The notes: generated from the letters alone by a model not told the origin. Positions 50,249-60,951 are shown, counted from the stretch's first letter. The stretch: DNA of 64,000 nt from Snowella sp. (GCA_035285545.1 JAYKGY010000019.1:32001-96000); one strand, 5' to 3'. Program-made: numbers and translations.

Positions 50249-51124
50249 TTAAATGGCAAATCCATGATTAAACAAGGAAAAACGAGAGAGTGGGTGAGGG
50301 GATTTATCTCCTCCCTCTTGTTTTTTAGGGCAAGACTCCACTGAATGTTGAAAAATGACCGCCTCGCTCAGATTTGCGCCTTGAAAAATCGCATTATCTA
50401 GAATGGCATTCGTCAAGTTTGCCCCCTCTAAATTCGCTCCGGTTAAATTTGCGCCTCTTAGGTTCGCCCCGATTAGGTTCACATCTCGAAGATTCGCCCC
50501 CACTAAATTGGCGTGTTGGAGATTAGCCCCCTGTAAATTACTATTTCCTAATCGCGCTTGGGATAATTGAACCCCTTCTAGATTGACCCCCTGCAAATCC
50601 ACATCTTTCAGAAAAGCATGACTTAGATTAACTTCATGAAAAGAAGCATTGGTAAGGTTCGCCCCGATTAAACGCGCCTCTTGTAAATTAGCCCAGTTAA
50701 AATTAACGCCCTTAAGATTAGCATCACGCAAATTCACGCGGTAAAGATTTGCCCCACAAAGATTCGCGCCTTCTAAATTGGCTGCCCGTAAATTGGTATG
50801 GGAAATGTTGGCACCACTTAATTTTGCATGGCTTAAACTTGCTTTGACTAAGAATGCACCACTCAAATTGGCTTTGGTCAAATCCGCCGCATCTAAGCAC
50901 GCCTGACTTAGTTTGGCATAGGTCAGATTCGCCCAATTCAAGTTAACTTGACTGAGATTCGATTTTGTTAAAAAGGCTCGACTCAAATTCGCTCCTATCA
51001 GGTTTGATCGGGCCAAATTGACCGCAATTAACATCACCCTGGATAGGTCGGAACCCTGTAGATTAAGATGCGGAAAATCCCGTAGACCTCTTTCATAAGA
51101 TCGAAGAAATTCGTTTATCTTCAT
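50249..51124 (-). CDS. Pentapeptide repeat protein
   Basis: Long ANLxG repeat run; Y.RG.RDF N-terminus. Confidence 0.94.
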   Translation of the reverse strand: MKINEFLRSYERGLRDFPHLNLQGSDLSRVMLIAVNLARSNLIGANLSRAFLTKSNLSQVNLNWANLTYAKLSQACLDAADLTKANLSGAFLVKASLSHAKLSGANISHTNLRAANLEGANLCGANLYRVNLRDANLKGVNFNWANLQEARLIGANLTNASFHEVNLSHAFLKDVDLQGVNLEGVQLSQARLGNSNLQGANLQHANLVGANLRDVNLIGANLRGANLTGANLEGANLTNAILDNAIFQGANLSEAVIFQHSVESCPKKQEGGDKSPHPLSRFSLFNHGFAI

Positions 51125-51596
51125 AGGTTTGGCTTGCCTTGAGTCGAAATGACTCCAAAATGAGCAATCAAGAAATCGAAAAATATAAGCGGTTTGAAAG
51201 AAATAAGGAAATAATAGGAGAGAGCCGCTCTAAAACGGCAATCGGTTGTTATCTCTATCGGATTTTACTACTGAATTTTAGCTCGAAACGCTAGGAACCA
51301 AAGAGTTGTTATAAATCTTAATTTTTTATTAAGAAAGTATTTTAGGGAATTTTGTAAAAAGGAGTTACCGTAAAAATGAGGATTTTTTTGACTGATTGAT
51401 TTTTGATCAATCCCGAAAAAATACGGAAATCACTGGGTTAACACGATTTCTAAGGAGGATCATCGGACTCAACCTATCAGGAATTTCAGATTGCTAAAAA
51501 TTAATTAGCTTTTTGATGCCTCGTGATTAGAAACCTAAGATTTCGTCAATCCATCGTCAGATTTTTAGTATTATTTGACAATCTAAATTTTAGTGA

Positions 51597-52052
51597 TTAG
51601 TTGGGATGAGAGGATTTATAGGCTTGACCGCAAAAGGGACAGAAGCGAAATTTTAAGGATTGGATCGGGGCATTACAACTTAAGCAGCGATCGCTAAGAG
51701 CCGAGCCACACAAAAAACAAAACCGCGATCGTCGGTCTAGCCAATAGGTTTCTGCTTCTGTACCCGGTTGCCAACACTGAAAACAGAGTTTTAAGGATTG
51801 GGTTTCCTGAACCGTAACCCCACGACAAACCGCTTCTAGGTAATCTTCCGGAATGGCTAAAATTTTTGCCAAACTGGTTTTGGTTTTACTGTTGAGCCTA
51901 ACGGTTTTTCCCAGTTCAATTTTGCCAATACTTTGACTATGTAAACCTGCTCGTTCTGCTAATTCACCTTGACTCAATTTTAATTTTTTACGAAGACGAC
52001 GCACGTATTCTGCTAGGGTTTCTCCCGACTGGGGAACAGTTTCATCTATCAT
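51597..52052 (-). CDS. XRE-family HTH protein with a double zinc ribbon
   Basis: LSQGELAERAGLHSQSIGKIELG; four CxxC pairs (CFQC, CFLC, CLSC, CPFC). Confidence 0.88.
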   Translation of the reverse strand: MIDETVPQSGETLAEYVRRLRKKLKLSQGELAERAGLHSQSIGKIELGKTVRLNSKTKTSLAKILAIPEDYLEAVCRGVTVQETQSLKLCFQCWQPGTEAETYWLDRRSRFCFLCGSALSDRCLSCNAPIQSLKFRFCPFCGQAYKSSHPN

Positions 52053-52106
52053 CTTTTTTTAATTAGCTAAATCTAGTAATAGTTTTAATGTGATTTTAAA
52101 GACTTC

Positions 52107-54533
52107 TTATTCTATTAAAATTTTGATAATCCAAGAATCTTGAAAGATAACAGCAAAATGGGGTAAAGCCAGTTCTAGTTCCATATCTAAATCGCGATTG
52201 TGAATATCCGTAATTAATTTATAAATCAATTCAAAATTAATCCGATCTTCTTTAGTTAGGATATTAAAACTGCCATGTTGGGAATTATTTAACCGTTCAA
52301 TTTCTTCTTTGCCGATTTTTCCTGTAATCGGATCTTTTCGGGCATCTCGCCACAGTTGAAACTGAATATCTTTATGATGGATCACTAATTCGTTAAAATT
52401 TTTGATGCGATTGGTAAAGGTCGAACCGTCTAGTTGAAGGAACGCGATCGCGAAACTTTGATCAGTATACTGAATGACACAATGTTCAGGAATTTTTTTT
52501 CTACCCAAACTGAGAAAATCAATGACATAACTGGATTGTGTCTTAAATGCTTCTGCAATTTCGAGAAATTTTCCTAAATCATCACTATCATTAATAATTT
52601 GTAATTTCTCATATTCTTGTTCAAATAACGGACGGTTCTGTTCAATAAAGCGATTAATTTGGCTAAATATAGAATTAGCAATAGAATTGGTAGAGTTTTG
52701 ATGGGGAATTCGTGAAGAAGTCAGATCTGTTAAGGTAAATTCGGATAATAACTTACCCATTTGTTGAAATAAGCTTTGAAATTGCTGGAAATGATTTTCT
52801 AGTCTATTTATTCTAGTTTCTAAGTCAGAGACATTTTCAATATTTTCTGAAACTTTTGAAACTGAACCCAGTGAAAATTCTTGGGGTAAGGGTATTTGAT
52901 GAACTTTGTAGTAATAGTAATTAGACGCACTATTGAGAATTGCGCGAATAGAGTTATGATTCAGAATAGTTTCTAGTTCAGTTGCTGTAAATAATGTTTC
53001 TAAAGAAAGCTCTACTGATTTAGCTTTAATTCGTAAAATTTCCGTTAAATATTGATCCGATGGACGTTGTAAATACAATTGATTTTGGGAAACGCGATCA
53101 ATAATGGCTCCGTCAAATTTTTCCTTAAATTGTTCCCAGCGATCAGGAAACAAATTCAGAATGACTAAGCTATTAGAAACATGGGTAAAAATTTCTTTAA
53201 CGGCTTCTCCAAAGGCAAACAGAAGTTGTTCATTATGCTTTAAGCCTAATACTTCTAATTGATCAAAAATAATAATTAACGGCTCATCTAATAAGGATAA
53301 TTTACTAAAAACAGAAATCGCCTCTAAAGAAAAGGCTTCTTTGCTCATTTCTTCATTCCAATTATTTAAGCCAATCGCTTCGAGTTCAATCTCATTTAAT
53401 TCTTCGGCTGCCAACCAACGAGTTACTAACTTTTTGAGATGGGGTTTGCTATAACTACAGTATTTGATAATGCCTTTAATAATTTGAGATGCATATCCTG
53501 CTAACCCATATTCACTCATCCACCATTCATCAGTTCGTTTTTCAATATGCCGCCAGTAATCTAATTTTTTGCCACTTCCTTCTGCACCTAATTGTTCATA
53601 AATATTTAATGGATTTTCTTTAATAATACTTAAAATATCTTGATCTTTTTGCGTTAAGGTCATCATTCCTGTGCGACTAATTAGCTTGACAAAACTCTGG
53701 GCTAAAAGAGTTTCTAATTGGGTATAACCCGTTTCAGGAATTTTTTCGACAAAAGATTCTAGAATTCGACTATAAATATGAAATAAAACCGAGTCAGCAT
53801 TGTTAGGACAACGAATAAATAACAGCCGATTAACTTTGAGTAATTCTTTGGCTAATCGCATCATTAAATGGGTTTTGCCACTTCCTGGTTCTCCGATGAC
53901 AACAGTTCCCCTAGATTGATGATTTTTATCCTGTTTAATATCGGTAATAATCCACTTCAGTCGTTCAAATTCGTTTTGATGAATGGGCTTAAGATCAACA
54001 TGATCTTGGAAAGGATTATCAACTCGATTAGAAGCAAAAGGATTCGTCGTTAATTGGAGTTGATTCATCTTTTTCTTTTCCAAAATTTTACAATACAATT
54101 GATAAGTAAACAGAGCATCATAGCGTGCGGTATGAGCTTGTTCAGGATTAAAATATTTTCGATTGACTTTTAATCCGAGCTTCTTACTCAGATAACCTAA
54201 GGAATGGCTCGGCAAATGGGGATAATAATATTGCGCGAGTTGGACGCTACAGGTTAAGTTTAGGGCGGGTAATTTAATGCCGACTTTTGTACAACTTTGG
54301 TTGATGACCGCGAGATCGTGTTTGGCTAAATGACAGATAATTTCTTTATTGCGCGCGATCGCGAAAAACTCTAAAAGAATTTGTTTTAACGGTTTAATCG
54401 TCGGCTTAACGGTTTCTGGCGCAATCAATTCTTGAGTAAAAGCCTCATAACACAACTGACCTGTCTGATCAATTACGGCGATTTCTCGAAGATAGTCTCT
54501 TCCTTCTGTATCAACAATAATAAACTCTCTCAT
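52107..54533 (-). CDS. DEDDh 3'-5' exonuclease fused to a P-loop ATPase
   Basis: IVDTEG, HLAKHDL, HTARYDA; Walker A GEPGSGKT; Walker B IIIFDQLE. ATG 54533 lies just after the arsS stop. Confidence 0.85.
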   Translation of the reverse strand: MREFIIVDTEGRDYLREIAVIDQTGQLCYEAFTQELIAPETVKPTIKPLKQILLEFFAIARNKEIICHLAKHDLAVINQSCTKVGIKLPALNLTCSVQLAQYYYPHLPSHSLGYLSKKLGLKVNRKYFNPEQAHTARYDALFTYQLYCKILEKKKMNQLQLTTNPFASNRVDNPFQDHVDLKPIHQNEFERLKWIITDIKQDKNHQSRGTVVIGEPGSGKTHLMMRLAKELLKVNRLLFIRCPNNADSVLFHIYSRILESFVEKIPETGYTQLETLLAQSFVKLISRTGMMTLTQKDQDILSIIKENPLNIYEQLGAEGSGKKLDYWRHIEKRTDEWWMSEYGLAGYASQIIKGIIKYCSYSKPHLKKLVTRWLAAEELNEIELEAIGLNNWNEEMSKEAFSLEAISVFSKLSLLDEPLIIIFDQLEVLGLKHNEQLLFAFGEAVKEIFTHVSNSLVILNLFPDRWEQFKEKFDGAIIDRVSQNQLYLQRPSDQYLTEILRIKAKSVELSLETLFTATELETILNHNSIRAILNSASNYYYYKVHQIPLPQEFSLGSVSKVSENIENVSDLETRINRLENHFQQFQSLFQQMGKLLSEFTLTDLTSSRIPHQNSTNSIANSIFSQINRFIEQNRPLFEQEYEKLQIINDSDDLGKFLEIAEAFKTQSSYVIDFLSLGRKKIPEHCVIQYTDQSFAIAFLQLDGSTFTNRIKNFNELVIHHKDIQFQLWRDARKDPITGKIGKEEIERLNNSQHGSFNILTKEDRINFELIYKLITDIHNRDLDMELELALPHFAVIFQDSWIIKILIE

Positions 54534-54541
54534 GGGAGCAG

Positions 54542-55540
54542 TTACGCCATTAATGCTCCACCACAACTTGAACCACTGCCCGCAGTACAGCCATAACAAT
54601 AGTCAGCCGTTTGGACGCTTTCAATTATATCCAATTGATTTTTTGCAAGGAGTTTAGCAACCGTGATCACCTCCCCTGTAGTAGTCTTAGCAGGAATATT
54701 TTCCATCTGATTAAAATCACAATCATAAACATTTCCTAAGTAGTCTATTGACAGTTGATTTCGACACATTAAATAATCAACCGTCTCAGGATTATGATGA
54801 TTAGCTAAAAAGTGTAAGTAGGGAAGATATAACGCTTTATCTTGTAAATAGTTTTTAGTTCTACCAATTGGCAAGTTCGTAATCGTAAATAAGTGGTTAA
54901 AAACAATCTTAAATTGTTCTTTTAAATATTGCTTATAATCTTGCTCTAATTGTATTTGATTAGGGGTTAAACTAAAATCGTCATTTCTGGGAACGGGTGG
55001 ATTATAAACTAAGTTTAGTTGAAGTTTGGGATCATCTCCGTAACCTAATTGATTCAGTTTTTGTAAAGCTCGAATCGAGGCTTCATAGACTCCAGCCCCC
55101 CTTTGTTTATTAACATTATCAGCTAAATAACAAGGTAAGGAAGCAATAACCTGCAACTGATATTGAGCAAAATAATCGGGCAAATCTTCAAAGCCAGGTT
55201 CAAAAAAAATCGTTAAATTAGAACGAACAATGACCGTTTTATTTGCTTTTCTCGCTGATTCTACAATAGGCTTAAAATAATCATGAAGTTCTGGTGCGCC
55301 GCCTGTTAAATCGACGGTTTCAATTTGCGGAAAATGGTTAATTAGTTCAAGAATTTGTTCTCCGACATCAGCAGTGATTTCTTCGGTACGCTTAGGGCTA
55401 GCTTCGACATGGCAATGATTACAAGCTAAGTTACAGCGTTTTCCTAAATTAACTTGTAATACAGTAATTTTTTGTTTGCTTAATGTAGAATACAGCCGTT
55501 TATGAAAAGGAATAATATCTAAAGTATTACAAGCAGTCAT
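54542..55540 (-). CDS. arsS: Radical SAM protein, ArsS (arsenosugar biosynthesis) / DUF3641 family
   Basis: QVNLGKRCNLACNHCHVEASP, DLTGGAPE, ASLPCY, YDCDFNQ, CYGCTAGSGSSCGG. Confidence 0.85.
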   Translation of the reverse strand: MTACNTLDIIPFHKRLYSTLSKQKITVLQVNLGKRCNLACNHCHVEASPKRTEEITADVGEQILELINHFPQIETVDLTGGAPELHDYFKPIVESARKANKTVIVRSNLTIFFEPGFEDLPDYFAQYQLQVIASLPCYLADNVNKQRGAGVYEASIRALQKLNQLGYGDDPKLQLNLVYNPPVPRNDDFSLTPNQIQLEQDYKQYLKEQFKIVFNHLFTITNLPIGRTKNYLQDKALYLPYLHFLANHHNPETVDYLMCRNQLSIDYLGNVYDCDFNQMENIPAKTTTGEVITVAKLLAKNQLDIIESVQTADYCYGCTAGSGSSCGGALMA

Positions 55541-55603
55541 TTTTAAATAATTAATGTTGATTGGCTAGGTAGGGATTTTTTTGAGCTTTAAATGCTTTTT
55601 TGA

Positions 55604-55918
55604 TTAAATTTCCGAATTTTGTTGTAATATGTCAGCGTCTTGATAAGACAGTAAAAAATGTCGCACTTTTTCAATTTCTAAATCTAGTGCTTGAGCAATT
55701 TGCTCCACACTTAATCCTAAAGCTAATAATCGGGGGATAGACATTGATTTTACTTTTTCCATGCCTTCTTCTAAATCCTCTTGATAGACTTTAGTTTCTC
55801 TTAAATCGCTGAGACTAAACATAGCTTCTATTTCCTTTCTGCTGATTTTAGGTAGTTTGTAGATCAAAATGGTTTCGATCAATTCTAAAAGATTTTGTTG
55901 TGTGCGAGGTTCGTTCGT
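55604..55918 (-). pseudogene. C-terminal fragment of a DUF2887 / Rpn-family protein
   Basis: QQNLLELIETILIYKLP..SRKEIEAMF.LSDLRETKVYQE...IPRLLALGLSVEQIAQALDL; the N-terminal domain is missing. Confidence 0.8.
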
Positions 55919-56095
55919 TGATAAAAAATGCTATCAGTTTTCACATTTATTGAATGGCTGAATTTTAAGAAAAGTATAACAAAAGCAGGGCGATCGCTGT
56001 TTTCACGCCATTTTAATTGATAATGAGTAATGGACAATTGACAAATTTTTGCCTGTTACACGACGAATTTTAAATTTACGCTATCGGGTATTACT

Positions 56096-56692
56096 ATGAC
56101 GGCTTCTCAGAACTTAGATCCCACGGTTTCCGAAGAAATGGGGCAACAATTGACCGCATTATCTCAGCAAGTAGCGGCTCTCACGCAACGGGTAACGGAT
56201 TTAGAAAATAAGCTGCTATTAATTCCGGATATCGAGCGTTACAGTAAATTACAACAATTCCTCATGGCAGGTCAGTTTAAAGAAGCCGATCAGGAAACTA
56301 CCAATATTATTTTAGAAACCGTCGGCATGAAACGGGACGAACTAGCTCCTGAAGTAATGTCTAAATTTCCTTGCAATGTATTGTTAGTCATTGACCGACT
56401 TTGGCGAATTTATAGCCAAGACCGCTTTGGTTTTAGCATCCAGTTAGAAATTTATCAAAACGGGGGAGGCAGCTTAGATACGCTCCGCACTCAAGATCGA
56501 AAAGTTATGGGGGTTTTTGCGACCCAGGTGGGTTGGTACGTGGAAGGTCAACTGCGATTTGAGGTCTATGACGAATGGGATTTTTCCGTTAATGCCCCCC
56601 GTGGTTGTTTTCCTGCCATTTGGTGGAAATCTCCCTATGGCTTAAAAATGGTGACGTTTTTCTTTATGCGACTGTTTGAGTGCGAGATTTAA
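56096..56692 (+). CDS. GUN4 domain protein with an N-terminal coiled coil
   Basis: L.AGQFKEADQET, FPC..L..IDRLW..YS..RFGFSIQ, APRGCFP. Confidence 0.9.
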   Translation: MTASQNLDPTVSEEMGQQLTALSQQVAALTQRVTDLENKLLLIPDIERYSKLQQFLMAGQFKEADQETTNIILETVGMKRDELAPEVMSKFPCNVLLVIDRLWRIYSQDRFGFSIQLEIYQNGGGSLDTLRTQDRKVMGVFATQVGWYVEGQLRFEVYDEWDFSVNAPRGCFPAIWWKSPYGLKMVTFFFMRLFECEI

Positions 56693-56712
56693 CCTAGATG
56701 TAACGAACTTTT

Positions 56713-57261
56713 TCAACTCTTTTCGCCTACTTGCGAATTCTTAAGAATTTTCTGATAAACTTCTTCGGTGTAAAGATCTTGGGGATCGTCGAGTCGGTCT
56801 AAGAAAACCAGACCATTGAGGTGATCGAGTTCGTGTTGAAAAATTCGCGCCACAAAACCCGTCAATTCCTGCTGGCGTAAATTTCCCCATTGATCGGTAT
56901 ATTCAACGGCGATCGCCTGATACCGAGGCACTAAACCCCGCCACCCTGTCACACTCAAACACCCTTCCCAATCTTTCACGCTTTCTGTAGAGCAGTCTAA
57001 AATGCGAGGATTAATCACCGCCGTCGGTTCCATCACAGGCGCATGGGGATAACGAGGCGTGGGACGCGAAGCCATAATAAACAAACGGTGGGATTGAAAA
57101 ACTTGCGGTGCAGCGATCCCTACCCCATTGGCTTGATGCGTCGTAGCGATCAGAGAATGAATTAAGGTTTGTATTTCCTTCTGACTTACCTCTACAATAG
57201 GGTTTGCTGTTTGCGACAAAATTGAATGTCCCCATTGAGCAATTTCTAAAATTTGAGCCAT
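56713..57261 (-). CDS. def: Peptide deformylase
   Basis: GVGIAAPQ, EGCLS, QHELDHLNG. Confidence 0.96.
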   Translation of the reverse strand: MAQILEIAQWGHSILSQTANPIVEVSQKEIQTLIHSLIATTHQANGVGIAAPQVFQSHRLFIMASRPTPRYPHAPVMEPTAVINPRILDCSTESVKDWEGCLSVTGWRGLVPRYQAIAVEYTDQWGNLRQQELTGFVARIFQHELDHLNGLVFLDRLDDPQDLYTEEVYQKILKNSQVGEKS

Positions 57262-57418
57262 AGAAATAAAATTTGTTTTATAATGACGCTTTATTCTGAA
57301 TCATAGCTATTTTTGATCGGAATGTAAGGCCATTTCGCAACGGATACTATCTATCTTCTTATCCCAAAAGTCCCAGTTTAACCGTTTTATCGGTTAGCCG
57401 TTAGGAGTTCAAACATTC

Positions 57419-58765
57419 GTGACTATTTCTCCCCAAGACCTGTGGAATCAATCGCTAGAGAAGCTTCAGCAACAGTTGACCCGTCCAGCTTTTGAAACTT
57501 GGATTAAAACGGCGACCTTACAAACGCTAACTGATCGCTATGTCGTCATTCAGGCGGCCAATCCCTTTGTTTTAAATCATTTACAAAAGAATTATCTACC
57601 CTTAATTAGCGAGGTAATTGAAGGAATTTTAGGTTATCCCCTAGAAATTCAGTTAACGACTCCAGAATCGGAAAATATCTCTATTTTAAAGCCCATCAAG
57701 CGTCCGAATCCCCCTGAGCCGCCCTTAAAAAATCCCCAACTCAATCCTAAATATAACTTTTCCTATTTTGTGGTTGGCCCGACCAATCGCATGGCCCATG
57801 CAGCATCCTTAGCCGTTGCCGAATCCCCAGGGCGAGAATTTAATCCTTTATTTCTCTGTGGTGGTGTCGGTTTAGGGAAAACCCACCTTATGCAGGCGAT
57901 CGCCTACTATCGTTTAGAAATGTATCCTGATGCCAAGGTTTTTTACGTTTCGACCGAACAATTTACCAATGATTTAATCACGGCAATTCGTCAAGATAGT
58001 ATGGAAAAGTTTCGCAATCACTATCGCAAAGCAGATTTTTTATTAATTGACGATATTCAGTTTATCGAAGGAAAAGAATATACCCAGGAAGAGCTATTTC
58101 ATACCTTCAACACCCTACATGAAGCCGGAAAACAGGTGGTTTTAGCCTCAGATCGCCCGCCTAAACGGATTCCCAGTTTGCAAGATCGGTTAATTTCTCG
58201 CTTTTCGATGGGCTTAATTGCAGATATCCAAGTGCCGGATTTGGAAACCCGTATGGCCATTTTGCAGAAAAAAGCCGAATACGAGAATATGCGCTTACCG
58301 AAAGAGGTGATTGAATATATTGCCTCCAATTACACCTCTAATATTCGGGAATTAGAAGGGGCCTTGATTCGCGCGATCGCCTATACCTCCATTTCAGGCG
58401 TACAAATGACCCTACAAAACATTGTGCCTGTTCTTAATCCACCTGTTGAAAAAGTCGCCGCCTCCCCCGATATTATCTTACAAACCGTAGCAGCAGCCTA
58501 TCAAGTGACTATCGATGACTTAAAGGGCGTTTCTCGGCGTAAAGAGATTAGTTTAGCCCGTCAAATTGGGATGTACCTAATGCGGCAACATACGGATTTA
58601 AGTTTGCCTAGAATTGGGCAAGCCTTTGGGGGCAAGGATCACACAACGGTGATGTATAGCTGCGACAAGATTAATCAACTGCAACAAAAAAATTGGGAAT
58701 TGAGCCAGACCCTTTCGGAACTCAGCGATCGCATTAATATTGCGAGTCGGAATCAAGATCTGTAA
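57419..58765 (+). CDS. dnaA: Chromosomal replication initiator DnaA
   Basis: [47 protein letters not shown]. Confidence 0.98.
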   Translation: MTISPQDLWNQSLEKLQQQLTRPAFETWIKTATLQTLTDRYVVIQAANPFVLNHLQKNYLPLISEVIEGILGYPLEIQLTTPESENISILKPIKRPNPPEPPLKNPQLNPKYNFSYFVVGPTNRMAHAASLAVAESPGREFNPLFLCGGVGLGKTHLMQAIAYYRLEMYPDAKVFYVSTEQFTNDLITAIRQDSMEKFRNHYRKADFLLIDDIQFIEGKEYTQEELFHTFNTLHEAGKQVVLASDRPPKRIPSLQDRLISRFSMGLIADIQVPDLETRMAILQKKAEYENMRLPKEVIEYIASNYTSNIRELEGALIRAIAYTSISGVQMTLQNIVPVLNPPVEKVAASPDIILQTVAAAYQVTIDDLKGVSRRKEISLARQIGMYLMRQHTDLSLPRIGQAFGGKDHTTVMYSCDKINQLQQKNWELSQTLSELSDRINIASRNQDL

Positions 58766-58995
58766 ATTCCCTGAGTCATCATTGACTTAATCGGTTCAGC
58801 CACTCAAGTCCCAGTATTTATACTGAATTTATACTGAAAAACCTTGATTTTTTTAGAATTGATTTTTAATTTTTAACATCTATCTATTTATAGATCCGGC
58901 TTAATTGGGTTATAACTGACGAAGGCACTGCAAACTTGTCCTGCACTCTTTAGGGGCTTCAGTGACCTAAAATTGCTTTTTATCATAAATTATCG

Positions 58996-60225
58996 ATGAG
59001 TAACGCCAACAAAATCGAGAATACGGGAGAAGCGTTTTCCAGTTCATCCCCTGAGCATCCGCAGTATATTGAAGCAGAATTTGTTGAATCATCCCCTTTC
59101 GATTCTCAATCGACACCTCATAGAACAAATGCGGAGGATGAGGAGTTAATGTATATTCCTTGGCATGAGGAATTTACTGAAGAATATTTACAAGCAACAG
59201 ATACGATTACCTTTGATCGGGTGTTTACGAAACGAGCCAGACCCCATCGCCAACCTCAAAAAAGTGCCTTAGAACAACTCTTAACGCCCTGGGGAGTCAG
59301 TGCCGTTGCTTGCTTTGTGTTGGCCAATGGCCTATTAATTTGGAGCCAGATTTCTCCCCCGACTCCGGTTAATACCGCCGCGATCGCGCCCCAAGTATTA
59401 CCCAATCCTGAACTCAATTCTTTAAACCCCATTAATCCTGCCCAATTCAATATTGCCGCTCCCGCTGCTCAAGCCCATTTAACGCCGGAGACTCTCAGCA
59501 AATTACCGTCAGATTCTGTTAAAAATCATCCTGTCGTCGCCAACTTACCCCCCATTCCCACCACGGTAGCTCCCCAGGCGATCGCGCCATCTCAAGTAAC
59601 GGTTCCCCCCGAAGTCAGCAATAGTTTAGCCAATGCCATGCTGCCACCGTCGCTTCAACTGCAATATCCGCCAGCCTATGCCCCCGTTGCTGTTCCTACG
59701 GTAAATCCGACGAGTTACGCTAAGGTTAACCCGATTCCGACTCGTCCCGTTATTAGCAATCTTCAGCCCGTTAATCCACCCCAACGTTCCTTACCCACGA
59801 TTGCGGTTAATCCTGCCTACAGTGCCCCCCGTTCTCTTTCCAATATTCCCTTACCGCCTCCCCCGCCTCCTCCAACGGCTTTTGTTCAACCCCCTGCTGC
59901 TCCAACGGTAACGGCTCCCACTTCCCCCCCCGCGATCGCTAACCCTGTCCCCAGTTCAACCAGTCCGATTGCCGAAATCCCTCAAACCAATACAAACAAT
60001 ATTCAGAGCTTGTCCGACCAAATGGCGCGTCAAATTGCCAACCAGCAAAACCAACTCCAAACCCAAACTGTCAACCCCAATCAGGAGTCATTCAATTACA
60101 AAACGCGCAAAAAATTACAAACCCTTTACAATCAAAGTCAGGGGGTATCAACCAATTCGGATGTCAGTGCGACTGAAACAACGAATTTGATTCAAGAACT
60201 CCAACGATTAAACCAGCCAGAATAA
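58996..60225 (+). CDS. Proline-rich single-TM hypothetical protein
   Basis: Acidic N-terminus, LLTPWG plus one TM segment, long Pro/Gln/Asn-rich tail. Confidence 0.75.
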   Translation: MSNANKIENTGEAFSSSSPEHPQYIEAEFVESSPFDSQSTPHRTNAEDEELMYIPWHEEFTEEYLQATDTITFDRVFTKRARPHRQPQKSALEQLLTPWGVSAVACFVLANGLLIWSQISPPTPVNTAAIAPQVLPNPELNSLNPINPAQFNIAAPAAQAHLTPETLSKLPSDSVKNHPVVANLPPIPTTVAPQAIAPSQVTVPPEVSNSLANAMLPPSLQLQYPPAYAPVAVPTVNPTSYAKVNPIPTRPVISNLQPVNPPQRSLPTIAVNPAYSAPRSLSNIPLPPPPPPPTAFVQPPAAPTVTAPTSPPAIANPVPSSTSPIAEIPQTNTNNIQSLSDQMARQIANQQNQLQTQTVNPNQESFNYKTRKKLQTLYNQSQGVSTNSDVSATETTNLIQELQRLNQPE

Positions 60226-60237
60226 TGGGTCAAACCA

Positions 60238-60912
60238 ATGGGCTTGCTAGACCGAATCGGGCGAGTAATTCGCGCTCAAATTAATAGTCTGGGCAATGAA
60301 GCGAAAGATCCAGAACACCTGTTAGAAGAGATGACTTCGCAGATGGAATTGGAACTGATTGAAATGCGCCGTGCCCTGGCTGAAGCGATCGCGACCCATA
60401 AAAGTATGGAAAGACAACTCGCCGCCCACCGTCTTAATGCTCAAAAATGGTATGAACGCGCTCAACTCGCTGTCGATAAGGGAAACGATGCCCTTGCTAA
60501 AGAAGCTCTAAGCAATCGCCAAACTTATTTAGGTCACGCCCAAGCCATTGAAACCCATTTAACCGACCATTCCCAGTCAATCCAAAAAATTAAGCAGGAA
60601 TTACAAACCTTAGAACGGAAATTTAGTGAAGTACGAGCCAAAAAAAGTTTATATTTAGCGCGCCTTAAGTCAGCCGTAGCTGCCCAGAAATTACAAGAGA
60701 TTATGGGAAATTTTGATCATGCGAGTGCCAGCAGTGTTTTTGATCGCTTAGAATCTAAAATTTTAGAATTAGAAGCTGAAAATGAATTACTTACCCCAGC
60801 CCGTGATCCCCTCGAAAAACAGTTTACCCATCTCGAAAGCGATCGCTTGGTTCAATCCGAATTAGACCAACTCAAGGCCCAACGCCGAAAATTACCCCCC
60901 ACTTCCCGCTAA
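60238..60912 (+). CDS. pspA: PspA/IM30 family protein
   Basis: MGLLDRIGRVIRA.IN..DPE..LE; coiled coil; lacks the Vipp1 C-terminal extension. Confidence 0.88.
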   Translation: MGLLDRIGRVIRAQINSLGNEAKDPEHLLEEMTSQMELELIEMRRALAEAIATHKSMERQLAAHRLNAQKWYERAQLAVDKGNDALAKEALSNRQTYLGHAQAIETHLTDHSQSIQKIKQELQTLERKFSEVRAKKSLYLARLKSAVAAQKLQEIMGNFDHASASSVFDRLESKILELEAENELLTPARDPLEKQFTHLESDRLVQSELDQLKAQRRKLPPTSR

Positions 60913-60951
60913 AATCTCCATACAGAGGCATACGGGGGAATACGGGGAAAC

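Noticed and set aside
54534..54599. N-terminal extension of the exonuclease-ATPase
   Set aside because: It overlaps the arsS 3' end; ATG 54533 directly precedes the first DEDDh motif.
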